DNA of 63,695 nt, counting the filler, from Octopus bimaculoides (lineage: Eukaryota), in the NCBI RefSeq assembly GCF_001194135.2. It is 5 parts of 4 records of this genome, joined end to end, with 100 filler letters (N's around TTAATTAATTAA, not from the genome) between each part and the next. Parts side by side here need not be neighbours in the genome. Positions count along the whole stretch, not along the records: positions 1 to 24,026 come from NC_068989.1; 4 more parts are not named here. The stretch is one strand, 5' to 3'. Within the stretch, counting starts at the first letter, position 1. Every line of letters starts with the position of its first letter. A program made the translations under genes and the position numbers. This document shows, one piece after another, positions 1 through 13,325 of the stretch. The notes below the pieces were generated by a model. It was not told where the DNA came from and did no database searches. It worked only from the letters and a program-made list of their open reading frames with translations.

Positions 1-309
1 ATATATATATATATATATATACATATATCATGTCTTTGTGTGTGTGTGTGCATAACTGATGGGGTAATCCTGCTTTGGGTGTTCATTTTTTGTTGAACTA
101 TTTAGTTTAGCGACTTTTCTAACACTGACCTTGATATGGTTGCATGATATTTGGGGCTTATAATATAATGATGCATTTCATAACTTTAAGGATGTTGCAT
201 GTGTTACAGAACTGAATGTATGATATTATTTCATAATAAGTTATTCGAATGAAACATTGTAAAGTGACCACATAATCCATTCGTCTGTCTTTTTATTATT
301 TTTAATATA

Positions 310-1735
310 GCACGTTGAACAGTCCACTCTATTTTGGGTAGTCTTTGATTTGTAGATAGATTGTTAAACAGCATTCCGGATGAACGAATTAAGTCCTATT
401 GTAGTGGTCTTCTGGTATAATTCTAGTTGGATGAAACCTCTACTACCATCTTTTTACGGAACGTAGATTCTACGAATATCAGTTTTGGATGATACATTAA
501 GTTTACTCTCATTACATTTCTCATTTTGGTGTCCATACGTTGGAAGTTCATTTATATTCCAGTTAATTATATTATAAATGCACTGTACCACTGAGACAGC
601 AAGTGAATTAATAGCTTGAATCCTATTCTGGCATTTCGTTTCCGTTTTATAATCAGTTTTGTTCTCCTATAATATTCCTTCCTGATCTTTTCTATCGTGA
701 CGTTGTGTTGGATCTCTTTCCTTTCATTCATTTGTAGATGTTTGAATGCCTCACCTTAATCTCATTCTTTGCTAATAGTGTTATCATTTAACGTAATGAA
801 CGATGTGCAGATGAGTTTTCTTCTTTTAAACGTTGTTTTGGAGGAATTATCGAAGCCAATTTCCATGTTAATATTGTCACTAATACTTTCCAAAGTTGTC
901 AGTAATCCCTCCAGTTCATTATTATTTTTTGCATATAACTTGAGGTCATCCATATAAAAGAGGTGTGAGATGGTTCTATCAAATATTTTGCATCCATATT
1001 GTGTAATCTTCAATTCATGTGACAAAAGTATGAGTGCTGAGCGGAAAGTAATGGGTACAATGAATCAGCTTGGAATAGACCTTGCCTCACCTTAATACTG
1101 GCAGATGTCCATATGCTTTTATTATGATTGAGATACAATTTTGTGAACAACACGCCCATACTCTAGCGAAGGAAATCTTATAATTGGTGATATTTTGTAC
1201 AAGTCTCAAGCTTTAGCAATGCATGTGTGAGGCTCACTATCGAATGCTTTCCGGTAATCTATCCAAGCTGTCCTAAGTTTACGGGTTTAGAGAAGTTTTG
1301 AAGTAGTTTTCAGTCAATCAGAAGTTGATCTTTGCAGTCATAGGAATTTCTGTAGCAGACCTTTCGATCTAAAGGCAAACTATCGTATTGCTCAAGAAAT
1401 TTATATGTGTGCACCGTAAGAATTGATATCAATATATTGTGTTAATGCGGCGAGCTAGCAGGATTGTTATCGCGCCGGACAAAATGCTTAGCGGCATTTC
1501 GTCCATTTTTATGTTCTGAGCGCAAATTCCGTCGAGGCCAAATTTATGTTACAACCTTTTGAGGTTGACACATTAGTTGAGTACTGGGGTCGATGTAATT
1601 GACTTACAATCTCCCCTAAAAAATTGCTGGCCTTGTGCTAAAATTTGAAACCAGTATTTTGTAAGTGATAGTAACACACGTAATAGGCCTGCAATTATTC
1701 GGGTTTTTAGTTTCGTCATTTTTAGGTGGCTCATA
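310..1735 (-). mobile_element. Decayed R4/Dong-like non-LTR retrotransposon fragment, copy A (RT domain and thumb), interrupted by a SINE
   Basis: Minus-strand translation with stops and frameshifts gives KNPNNCRPITC, KDQLLID, WIDYRKAFDSEPH (about 1225-1265), SHLFYMDDLKLYAKN (ORF 762-1025) and KIRKEYYRRTKLI...MDTKMRN...HPKTDIRRIYVP. These match RT motifs typical of R4/Dong LINEs. Confidence 0.85.
1443..1655 (+). mobile_element. tRNA-headed SINE family A inserted in the LINE RT
   Basis: Family head gcggcgagctagcagga...aaatgcttagcggcatttcgtcc and tail aaatttgaaacca. The LINE reading YKIL-ISIL resumes on either side. Confidence 0.85.
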
Positions 1736-2715
1736 GGTCAATACAAGAATGTGGGATCATATCGTACGTCTTACGATAGTCAATCCATGGAATGGCTAAG
1801 TTACTTTTTCTTATCTTGCAGTCTCTAAGTACGGTTTTGTCTATCAGGAGTTGATCCTTGGTACCTCTGCACTTACGCTTGCAACCCTTCTGCTCCTGTG
1901 GCAGGAATCCATTTTTTTCAAGATGTTCGTACATTGAATGCGAGTATTCCAGTCAACAACTTCCACTGTAATTGTCTACCGTATTGCTTTTTTCGATGTT
2001 TTCCAAGCACAGCACTGTCCTACCCAATGTCAACCACTCTAGTGTTACTTGGTCGGAATTTAACAAGGTGTTGAGTTGCGCAGCTATTCGTGCATGGCAT
2101 TCACCAAATCTTTTGATCCAGTAGCCGTGAACTCCATCTGGTCCCAGGGCCTTCCAGTTGCACATTGTTTTGTTGATTTCCTTCACTACCCCAACTGAAA
2201 TAAACTAGTTCTGCCTGTTTTGGACAGACAACTGTTTGTTTCAGTTCTTGCAACCAGTCAGTATCCTTCTTGTGCTCCTTGTCTTTGCTCCAGATGTCAC
2301 TCCAAAAAGCTTAACTTTCATTGTTATCTGGTATCAACTTTTCATCTGTAAACTCTCCATTTATTTCTTTATAGAATCTCTTGTGATCTACTCTGAATAA
2401 CCTTTTCTGGTGGTAACCCTTCATTCTTTGGTCGTAGCTTACCATCTTTGCTTTCTTTGCAACGAGACGCTGTTTCAGTTCCTCCATTACCATTTTGAGA
2501 CCCTTCCTTTCAATATTATACTTCCTTTTGAGTGTCCTGTATTTTTGTTCGCTTTTAAGCTCCCCTTTCTCTTTTCGGTCTAACACAGAAATTTGCTTAG
2601 AGAGCATATCTAACCCTACCTGTACTCTTTTGTTTCACCATGGATCTTTTCTTTGTCACTCCCCTTATGTTTCTTTTTCTTGACATCAACACCCACGTAG
2701 AAGGGATTCTTATTA
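1731..2715 (-). mobile_element. Decayed R4/Dong-like LINE fragment, copy B (pre-RT region to RT motif WIDY)
   Basis: ORFs 2311-2607, 1953-2186 (WKALGPDGVHGYWIK) and 1731-1934 ([19 protein letters not shown]...[14 protein letters not shown]). Confidence 0.85.
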
Positions 2716-2736
2716 ATATCATCATCATCATCATCA

Positions 2737-2813
<77 letters not shown>

Positions 2814-2830
2814 GTTGTTGTTGTTGTTGT
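2716..2830. repeat. (ATC)n-(ATT)n-(GTT)n compound microsatellite
   Basis: Directly visible. Confidence 0.95.
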
Positions 2831-3147
2831 TGGCAGAATCGTTAGCACGCTGGACGAAATGCTGAACGGTATTTCGCTCGTCCCTCCGTTCCGGGTTCAA
2901 ATTTCGCTGAGGTTGACTTTGCCTTTCATGCTTCAGGGTCGATAAAATCAGTACCAGCTGAACACTGGAGTCGATATAATCGATTAGTCCCCTCCCCCAA
3001 GATTGCTGCCCTTGCAACAAAATTTTAAACCATAATAATTATTATTATTGAGGCCGCAAACTGGCAGAATCGTTAGCACGCTGGACGAAATGCTTACAGG
3101 TATTTCGTCTGACTCAACATTCTAACTTCAAATTCTGCCGAGGTCGA

Positions 3148-3208
<61 letters not shown>

Positions 3209-3210
3209 GT
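2831..3210 (+). mobile_element. Two tandem SINE family A copies (2831-3035; 5' half at 3051-3148) followed by (ATT)n
   Basis: ggcagaatcgttagcacgctggacgaaatgct occurs twice; B-box-like ggttcaaatt. Confidence 0.85.
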
Positions 3211-3679
3211 TATTTGTAAATAGACATAAAATATTTTACGGATGCGAATTCAATGAGCGTTAATTCCTGTTGTTAAGTATAAGGAATATTCGCGAGCATT
3301 ATATCAATAGTGAGAATTAAATTTTTATCAGAAACTGAAGTAGATTTTTTAAAAAATATATATATATACTTGGAACTATTTCCAACGAAATCGTGGAAAC
3401 AGATAACACATGTAACGCCGTTGCCTGATACTAGAAATATTATTTGAGTTTTTCATGCATATCTGTTTTTGACTTTGGTCATGGTCTATAGTATACAGTC
3501 AGGAGTATTCTATGGACTGAGACTAGTAGCTTCAAAGAAAATTAAATAGATCAAATAGGCTAACTGTTTTCAATTATAATTTTATTAAAGGACACTGTAA
3601 TTGCTAGTTTTATTGATATAGACAAATTAAAATTCATGTATTTTATTGATTCCTTGTATCAAGGTTTGATATAATACAA

Positions 3680-4169
3680 ATATACACACTCATAGTGACA
3701 TACACAAGAACATACATAGTTATATATATTCATACGAATACACATATACGCACGCACACACGTAAACAAAAATACATTATGCCCACCCACGCATACAAAC
3801 CTATATACACACAAATACATTTATACACATGCAAACTCATACATGCGCACAAACATATACTTTTAAGCTGTGGTATATCGAAATTTGTTATATAATCCTA
3901 CAGATATGGAATTATAAAAATGTACACACTAATACATGAACACACATGCTTTGTGAAAATATGTGTATATCATATATCTATATCTACACATATATATTTC
4001 TGTCTATATATTCCATATATCTATATGCCTAATATGCATAATATACATACATATTTATATTTTCATATATATATATATATATACATGCATACATATATAA
4101 TACATACGTATATATACACACACATACATAATATGCATATACAAATACATACATATATATATATACATG

Positions 4170-4214
<45 letters not shown>

Positions 4215-4510
4215 GTATGTGATATGTTCTATATGTATGTGCAGAGGCGTCCCTAATAATTGTATATATATATGTATATATATATATATATATACACATA
4301 CACGCACATACACTCACACACACACACACGCTCACACACACATGCACACGGATATACATACATACTTACATATATATGTATATGTATATATACATACATA
4401 CATACATATTTATATGTATATTATTCACACAGAGAACAGAAACACATACATAAAGGTGAAACTACATATGCATATATATGCGTACGTGCAAAGTATGTAT
4501 AAAGCGTTGA
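3680..4510. repeat. Compound (TA)/(CA)/(TACA) microsatellite field
   Basis: Directly visible. Similar fields occur at about 5150-5550, 7200-7380, 26720-28760, 32530-33320, 42620-43330, 44430-45060, 47470-48560 and 56580-56900. Confidence 0.95.
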
Positions 4511-4972
4511 ACATTAATGCGTATATAATTAAGCAGAGAGTATACATTCCATCCAAGTGTATAGGTTTTTCACTGCTTATGAATAACTTTTGCAATTCTA
4601 ACAACTACTTAAATATTCGAAAGAAATATGCACTTCAACTTCGCTTGAAGTCGTAAACTACTGTCGTGAAAGACTCTATTAAATCTCTGTTCTTTTTTTT
4701 TTCATTTTGGCATGTTTCTGTTTGATGTATATATTATTAGATGTCAGTTAGTCTAGCAAATGTTTTCCTGATTTTTGTTTGTAGCACAACGTTTGAGAAT
4801 TTTACTTGCACGTCTTAAATATTTGTCTGCATCACATTTTTGTAAACTTTCTGCTGCAGCATGTTAGCATACTAGACATTTGTGAGAAAAATATTATTCG
4901 GTTAATACATTCTGAAACTTTATTATTCAAAAGAATCTAAAACACGCGAATAAGCATTATATATTTCTATAC

Positions 4973-5130
4973 AGGCACAGGCATGACTATGTGGTGAAGA
5001 AATTCCCTTTGCGACTTCATGATTTTGGGATTATTGTCACTTCTTGGAAATTTGGCTTAGTGCCTTCTACTATAGTCCCGAGCCGACCAATGTGTTGTGA
5101 AGGAATTTCATAGCCATAAACTCACTCTGT
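4973..5130 (+). mobile_element. Degenerate head of SINE family B
   Basis: Aligns by eye to 41029-41195 (tgccttctactatagtcccgagccgaccaatg). Confidence 0.6.
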
Positions 5131-5154
5131 CTCACTATATATATAAATACATGC

Positions 5155-5221
<67 letters not shown>

Positions 5222-5383
5222 NNNNNNNNNNNNNNNNNNNNNNNNNNNNNNNNNNNNNNNNNNNNNNNNNNNNNNNNNNNNNNNNNNNNNNNNNNNNNNN
5301 NNNNNNNNNNNNNNNNNNNNNNNNNNNNNNNNNNNNNNNNNNNNNNNNNNNNNNNNNNNNAAACATATATATATATATATACG

Positions 5384-5424
<41 letters not shown>

Positions 5425-5460
5425 TATGTATGTATGTATGTATGTATGTATGTATGTATG

Positions 5461-5525
<65 letters not shown>

Positions 5526-5543
5526 CTCTCTCTCTATATATAT

Positions 5544-5766
5544 ATATATAATAGGATAAAGAGAAGAATGGTAAAGTTAGAAATATATTTCTAACTTTAC
5601 CATTGTTCTCTTTATCCTATTATATATTTATACATACATACGCTAATACACGGCTTATAATCTCCAATCCTGTTCATACAACAATTGGGGCATAATTAGC
5701 CGGTATACATCACTTACTCGGTATTAACTGTATATTTGGGTTTGGTTAAATCCAATACCCTCCTTA

Positions 5767-5770
<4 letters not shown>
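5544..5770 (+). mobile_element. Penelope-like terminal fragment with a fold-back 5' end
   Basis: 5586-5770 is the reverse complement of about 53236-53420. 5544-5585 is an inverted copy of 5586-5627. Confidence 0.6.
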
Positions 5771-5841
<71 letters not shown>

Positions 5842-7289
5842 GCATATAATCTGTAGTTAGAACACAGAACATCGCACGATCTCGCAGATACGCAGTGAAA
5901 ATTATCCTATAATAAAAGTTATATTCTGTATAGGATTTAGCTTCGTTTACTCCAGGATTCCAACGGGTTAATCACATGTTGAATCTTATCTCTGACGGCA
6001 AGATTGATATGAGAGTATTTATGACACGGCGAAAATAACGCTTTTCTTGCAAATGGTGCACTTCTTAAGAATAATATTATCTTTTTGTCATCGTTTTCAT
6101 CCTTCGCTTAATATAGCAGTTTTGTATGAATATATACAAACTAGTAGAAATATCGCTCTGAAGTTGGTTTTCTCCTAGTCTCTAAATAGAATTTACACTT
6201 TTGTAAATTTCCCTTTGTATCCATTATTCCTTTAATAAGCACCCATTCACTCAATAAATAAATTTAGAACAGTAGCAAAATCGCAAAGACAGTGTTAAAA
6301 TTTATGAAGAAATCAAGTTGATATGTTGATTCAAGTTAGCAACGTAAAAGTTCTCAATTTGTCGTAAATGTGCATTTCAGAAGACATTTGAAAGTTTGCA
6401 TGACAGTAAACCCGATTGCACACCTAGTATGTACTGCAAAAAAAAAAAAAATCATATTGAAATACTTACTGTTGCTTCGAACCCTTTTCCGTCGATATAC
6501 ATTGTTAAATTCTAGTATAAACACACAATTACAGAAGTACAGAGGTACAACATTTTTTTTCCTTCATTCCCATTCATTGTATGAACATGAAGTACAATAA
6601 CGTGAACATTTAAAAATTAAATATCGGAAATATATAACATATTTCATGATATAGGCCTTATGTACTCTGACAGTCTCCAATACTGGTTACTTTGTGAGGA
6701 ATAAAAAAAAAGATGTGCACGACAATCAAATGCTCTAGTTGAACAACAATGCGATGAGTTTATTTTTGGTACAATTGACGGAAATAAATTAAAAGCACTT
6801 TCCCTCTTCCAAAACACAATAAATATGAAAGGATACTGGATGCCAAAAGACAAATGATCCCAATAAGCAGTCAGCTACCCTACCCTAGACGTTACCTCTC
6901 CCCAATGTAGGATTCCTCATCATATAGGTGACCGGCACAGCCGGATTACGGATCTATAGCAATTGGAAGCACGTGATCCAACTCAAATAAACATTAACTG
7001 TGTAACGTGAAAGTGTCACCTCTGGAGTTTGCCAATGATCACTATGCCGATAGGTAACTGAACAGATTAAATTTGCAATCTATAAATCTCTTTGAATGAC
7101 CAATCACTTATCAAATCTAATTTATAACCACAGATCCGAGTGACCAGTGGTTTCTTGTTGGGGTGAAGGTATAAAAGAGTAAATCGTGTGTTTACTTTTC
7201 ATACATACATACATACATACATACATACATACATACACACACACACATACATACATACATANNNNNNNNNNNNNNNNNNNNNNNNNNNN

Positions 7290-7379
<90 letters not shown>

Positions 7380-8840
7380 GTAAAATCCAAGGATCCAAGT
7401 GTAGGAACTTATGCTTCAAGCAGTCTGTGGTAGATAGAGAAAGCAAAGAGCGGACCATGTACTATCACGAATAACAACAACTTATTGGCATCGAACGTTG
7501 CAGACCTTTTCCCATATCGAAATTATGATGAAGTTCAATAAGCTGAAAATTTCTGTATAGCTCACGCTTAGCAACTAGAGTTGCTATGAATGCCAATAAA
7601 TTTGCAAATTGAGGGTAAAATCCAGGCTACATATGTTCCCCAGCTAGCAGATCCTCTCGTGAAATAATTACTAGACGGGGTGGGGTTATTCAGCTAGCTA
7701 TTCATTAGGCTGAGTATACCTTAATTATATGAAGGTGACATTGTCGCTTGAGAATCCCAAGTTAACACACCGTAGATGAAAATGATTAAATAAGGCTGCG
7801 AGATCACAAAAGTTCCAAGTTTTTTGTAAAATAATCAACACTTAACTCGCGATCTACACATAACATAACGATTCCTGCAGGATGGAAAGCAAAGTTGGCC
7901 TTCGTGACATTTGAACGCAAACATTTGCAACTAAATGCTCTCAGGTAATACCACAACTGTCTTAACGATTGAGTGAATTCGAACGCTGTAAATCGTTACG
8001 TTACGTTGAAACCGCTAATATTGAGTTATCTGAAAATATTAAGACTAACTTGAATTGAAATAAAATGCATCAATTATACCTCGATTCTTTACACCATATA
8101 TAGTGTGCAATATTAGTGTGCAAATTCACTTTACAGCAGAGTCAATTAATGCATCTACAACAGAAAGCGAGGAAATCGTAAAATAAATATGAAAAGAAAA
8201 TTCTAGATGCAAGCATAGCATTATTATCATACTATGATGCTGCTGACGATCATAATATTCATATAGCTGTCAAAATGCTACGAAAAACATAATAATTACA
8301 GTAAACAGGCTTAGAAGAAACATTTCCCACAAATAGCTTTCAATTAATTACGCAATTGCTTAGAGAAATCAAAAATAACTAAATAAAAATGACATTGTAA
8401 ATCTTTGACGACTAAGTTAACGAGAACCAAAATCTAAAACACAGCAAACACACTCTGAAATGTAGTGATGCAGCAATAAAATTCCAATGACAGAAACGCT
8501 GTCGTGCTTTCAATCAAATATCGCTAGTCACACACACATGCATGAAGAAGTCTACTCACATACACAGGCGAACACACAAACGTATATAAGCACATTTATT
8601 TTTGTATATAATGCTTCGTATTTTTACATTCGAAAGAGGTGATAAATTTGCAGGCAAACGTACAGCTAGTTACAAGAACCATAGCAACTGTTTGGCACTT
8701 AATTTAAAAAACTTAACTGAAATCCGGAATGGAAGACAAATAATCAGTCCCAGCAGAATTTGAATTCAGAACAAAGGGGTAATAAATCAAACACTGTGAT
8801 ACATTTTTGCTGTGAATTCTATTGTCTCCACTTCATAATG

Positions 8841-9057
8841 TAATGGTTTCAAATTTTGGTACTAGGCCAGCAGTTTCGGGGGAGGGGATTAAGTCGATTA
8901 CATCGATTCCAGCGCTCAAATGATACTTATTTTAATCACCATGAGAGGATGAAAACAAATCGACCTCGACAGAATTTGAATTCAGAACGTAAAGATGGAC
9001 GAAATACCGCTAAGCATTTTGCCCGGCGTGCTGACAATATTACAGGATCGCCGCCTT
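8841..9057 (-). mobile_element. SINE family A
   Basis: Reverse complement of the family consensus (gaaataccgctaagcattttgcccggcgtgct...cgccgcctt). Confidence 0.9.
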
Positions 9058-9075
9058 CACTCCATAGTATAATGG

Positions 9076-9480
9076 AAGGCGGCGAGCTGGCAGAAACGCC
9101 GGGAAAAATGGTGAGCGGTATATCGTCTGTCTTTACGTTAAGCTCAAATTCCGCCGAGGTCGACTTTGCCTTTCATCCTTCGGGGTCGATAAATTAAATA
9201 CCAGTTGCGTAATCGACTTAATCCCTTTGTCTGTCCTTGTTTGTCCCCTCTATGTTTAGCCCCTTGTGGGCTATAAAGAAATAAGAAACGTTAGCACGCC
9301 AGAAAAAATGCTTAGCGGTATTTCGTCTGTCTTTACGTTGTGAGTTGAAATTCTGCCGAGGTCGACTTTGCCTTTCATCCTTTCGGGGTGGAAAAATGAA
9401 GCACCAGTTGCGTACTGGAGCCGATCTAACCGACTGGCTCCCTCCCCCAAAATTTCGGTGCTTGTACCTAGAGTAGAAAC
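9076..9480 (+). mobile_element. SINE family A dimer (9076-9285 with variant tail ccccttgtgggctataaagaaat; 9286-9480)
   Basis: Two consecutive copies of gttagcacgcc...gccgaggtcgactttgcctttcatcc. Confidence 0.9.
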
Positions 9481-9920
9481 ACTATAACGGAAGCACTACT
9501 ATATATAGTTCAATATTTGGGTAACGGCTGATTTCTTTCATCTTCTCAGATCGAAATGCAAAATCAAGTTAAATTAAATGCTGAGTCTTTTTCGAAGAAA
9601 CATAGTTTTAGATAGAGGAGCTAAAAGAGTACCGAGATCAATATTTTAACTTATGTTTCGTGAGTTGTCGAGCAATTATGATAAAAGAGATAATGAAAAT
9701 AAAGGAAAAATGAAAAATCAGCCAGTTGTCATCCGCAGACGTTAAGAGTTTGTAGTATGTGCCATGGTGTCATTAAATGTTTTCTGTACTTATTTAGTCG
9801 GGAGTAGATCTAAACACTCTCTAGATTCTTTCACCATTTGATCCAGTGGAAGGAGAGATAGAGTGTGTGTGTGTATGTGTATGTGTGTGTGTATGTGAGA
9901 GAGAGAGAGAGAGAAAGAGA

Positions 9921-9959
<39 letters not shown>

Positions 9960-10011
9960 NNNNNNNNNNNNNNNNNNNNNNNNNNNNNNNNNNNNNNNNN
10001 NNNNNNNNNNN

Positions 10012-10065
<54 letters not shown>

Positions 10066-10581
10066 TGTACCAAAATTCGGCTAGTACTCATTCGTATCTG
10101 AGTTGACTGGGCCAGAAATTGAACCTGTGACATTACTATCATGTGCCGAACATATTAATCATTAGGACATGCACCTTTCCATATCTTTAACAGCTTTGAT
10201 AAAATTTAACAAATGCAAAGTGAGTACAAAGTGAAACTGCGAAGCCATGTAACTGTGTAATTTCTGTATATATGGCTATTCAGAATGCATATGGTTGAAT
10301 TATTATATTAACTGAAATCAATCGATAAGCTCGTTTGTCATATGTAGAAGCCAACGCTATTCTATCGCATCAGTGGTCAAGATTCTTACTGTAAGCAACC
10401 AGTTTCAGCTGATTCACCCTATCCTCCAGGCCACGCGACTTCACACAATAGTTTATACGATGTGTCATTCATAATTCACAACAGCCTTTCTTCCACTGGT
10501 TAATTTATCCTATCTAATCACCACCTCAAATTTCAAGGTACACACAGAACTCTCTACGATATTAAGTCAAAACCACGTTTA

Positions 10582-11387
10582 CGAGGTGTTCCGGTTAAAT
10601 TCATGAATCTTTTTTAGGTCTCCTTTTTTTTTTTCAGGAACAGCTTGATGTATTGGGGAACCATCAACTGCATTGGAGAGTATAAAAATGACAGTTGTAG
10701 CTGAGAAAAATTTAACTGACATAGAGGGCAGGAAGTTATCTGAATATTAGCAAAGCGCTACCTGTATCATCATAATTCGTGCCGAGTATCAAAATGCCGA
10801 TATCTACTCAATGCTCTTTGAACACTGAAAAGGCTGTAAGAAGTAACATGAACAGCTGGAACGGTGACTACGAAGCAAGCCGTGCCCAACAGGAAAGTTC
10901 ACAGCAGGGGTTCTGACTGCGTTCGCAGGCCGGAATTGAATCTCGCATCTTTAAGCAGAGTTTTAGGCTCGATTCAGACAGGTATGTAAAACTGCTGGAG
11001 AGGGTTGCTGCTGAAAGGCCATTTGTGTGGCAGCAGGATTCTGTTCGTTACTATACCCCCGCAAAGCTCCAATTTCTAGCTTCCTAATTCCACTGTGTAT
11101 GTGTATGTGTGTGTCGGGGAAAGGGTGCGGTCGAGAAAGACACCAATTGCTCTGCCTACAACATCAAGGCCAAGCAGGTAGCTAAGAAGAAGGAGGTGAT
11201 CGAAGATCCTCCAGGGACACTGAGAGGAACGCATGAACCAAGTTCCGAAGCCGGACTGAGGCCATGGTGGAAGGTGAGGGTGTCTACTTTTAGTGAACTG
11301 TTATCTCCCACTTTCATTTTTAAACTGAATATTGTGTTTTTCTTTTATCCTTTTATATAAATTGTGAAATCTGGCCCGAACACCTTG
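10582..11387 (+). mobile_element. Internally deleted Tc1/mariner element, DD37D (maT)-like
   Basis: Imperfect TIRs (cgaggtgttccggttaaattc / gaaatctggcccgaacaccttg) flanked by TA at 10580-81 and 11388-89. Remnant peptides are DSDRYVKLLERVAAERPFVWQQDS and GAVEKDTNCSAYNIKA...KFRSRTEAMVEGEGVYF*. Confidence 0.8.
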
Positions 11388-11594
11388 TACATAACTCTAT
11401 GAGTAATATGAATATTAATCATTTTATGGTCCAAAGCAAATTTCTTTGTTTGCTTATTATTTATCAAATTGTTTAGCCAATTTTAAATGTGAAAGAACTG
11501 CGGTTGAGTTTTGGAAAACTTCATTAAACTAATCAACCAGACATATTCATTACTCTCTCATTCTCTCCCTCCCCTTTCGATCGCTTTTCTTTAC

Positions 11595-11653
<59 letters not shown>

Positions 11654-11697
11654 CGCGCGCGTGCCACACACACATACACACACACACACTCAAACAC

Positions 11698-11748
<51 letters not shown>

Positions 11749-12133
11749 AACACTCACAGACAAGACACACACATGCTTACCATTTGTTGCCAGTGGCACT
11801 GTTCATGAACGAAGATGATTAGCTAGTTTACGGAAGTGGCGAGGCTGTATTGATTTGATCAATGTTTTAATTGAGTCATCAGAGAAATCTCCAAGAAAAC
11901 CCTGCCAAACGAACATTTCCAATTCCGAATTACTGATAGTCTAATGGACATAACATTTACTGACAGACAAATGCGAAAAGAAATGACTGGAACACAATCT
12001 CTACCTTGAGGACGAAATCCAATAAAAGACCATCGACTAATTTACGACACATCACTTACTAATGCAATACAGCTACAAACATAGTTACATGTAAGAATCC
12101 TTCCTTTCGTCCATCTTCTTTCCTATAATGAAG

Positions 12134-12355
12134 TCTCAGACATTCTTGGCAATACAAAGTGAATAACATTCGATCCTTCTATATTTTCATCACTTTAGTA
12201 TGTCACCTAAACAAATCGCCGTAGAATATAATTCCTCCATCTTCGTTTCTGTACTGAACTCTCAGACATTCTTGACAATATAAAGTGAATAATATTCGAT
12301 CTATCTATATTTTCACCACTTTAGTATGTCACTTAACAAAACCCCGTAGCATACT
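12134..12355. repeat. About 95-bp imperfect direct repeat, period 126 bp
   Basis: tctcagacattcttg...ctttagtatgtcac at 12134 and 12260. Confidence 0.9.
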
Positions 12356-12946
12356 ATTCGCCAAAGGCTTATCTCCTCACAACTGCTACCTTCTTAAATT
12401 GTCTCCCAGTACACGACGCTATTGTTATTTAGCGTCAGATGTGCTCTGATTGAGTTGGTGCATGATCAAAGACAATTCATCCATGATTAACCCGTCTACC
12501 ACTTCATTGAGCATTAAATATAACATCCCATTCTTAACTTGGTACCATATGACCATAGGGCATTTGGCTTCCTCGCTTTTTCAGGTTTCCTTGGCGACTT
12601 ATTTCCCTGTACATGTTTACTTGCAGGATCAGATGTTGAATTTCAACTGCAATAGAGAGAATCATACAAATGTTGGCTCTCCTGTCTTCATCACAATACC
12701 ATTTGACAATTATTTAAAATGTTAGAAACATGTATGAATACAAAAATGATAATATTGCTGCGATAACACTATCATTACGAAAATTATTTGTACCTGGTTA
12801 GGTTTTCCCAGAAAATAGGTCAAGTTGATTTCCATTTTCAATGCGGATGCCATTTTATATAGGCACCGAATTTCAGGGAAATTCGAAACAAACTTGACGT
12901 CAAATAATGCATTTTATTAATGGGCTGACCTCTCCAATGTGTTGTT

Positions 12947-13124
12947 GTTGTTCTTGATGTTGTTGTCGTTGTTGTTGTTGTTGTTCTTCTTCTTCTCCTC
13001 CTCCTCCTCCTCATTCTTCTTCTTCTTTTTCTTCTTCTTCTTCTTTTTCTTCTTCTTCTTTTCCTCCTCCTCCTTCTTTTTCTTTTTCTTCCCCTTCTTC
13101 TTCTTCCCCTCCTCCTCCTCCGCC
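12947..13124. repeat. (GTT)n-(CTT)n-(CCT)n trinucleotide tract, mostly polypyrimidine
   Basis: Directly visible; runs into a gap. Confidence 0.95.
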
Positions 13125-13325
13125 NNNNNNNNNNNNNNNNNNNNNNNNNNNNNNNNNNNNNNNNNNNNNNNNNNNNNNNNNNNNNNNNNNNNNNNNNNNN
13201 NNNNNNNNNNNNNNNNNNNNNNNNNNNNNNNNNNNNNNNNNNNNNNNNNNNNNNNNNNNNNNNNNNNNNNNNNNNNNNNNNNNNNNNNNNNNNNNNNNNN
13301 NNNNNNNNNNNNAGTTTTATAATAT

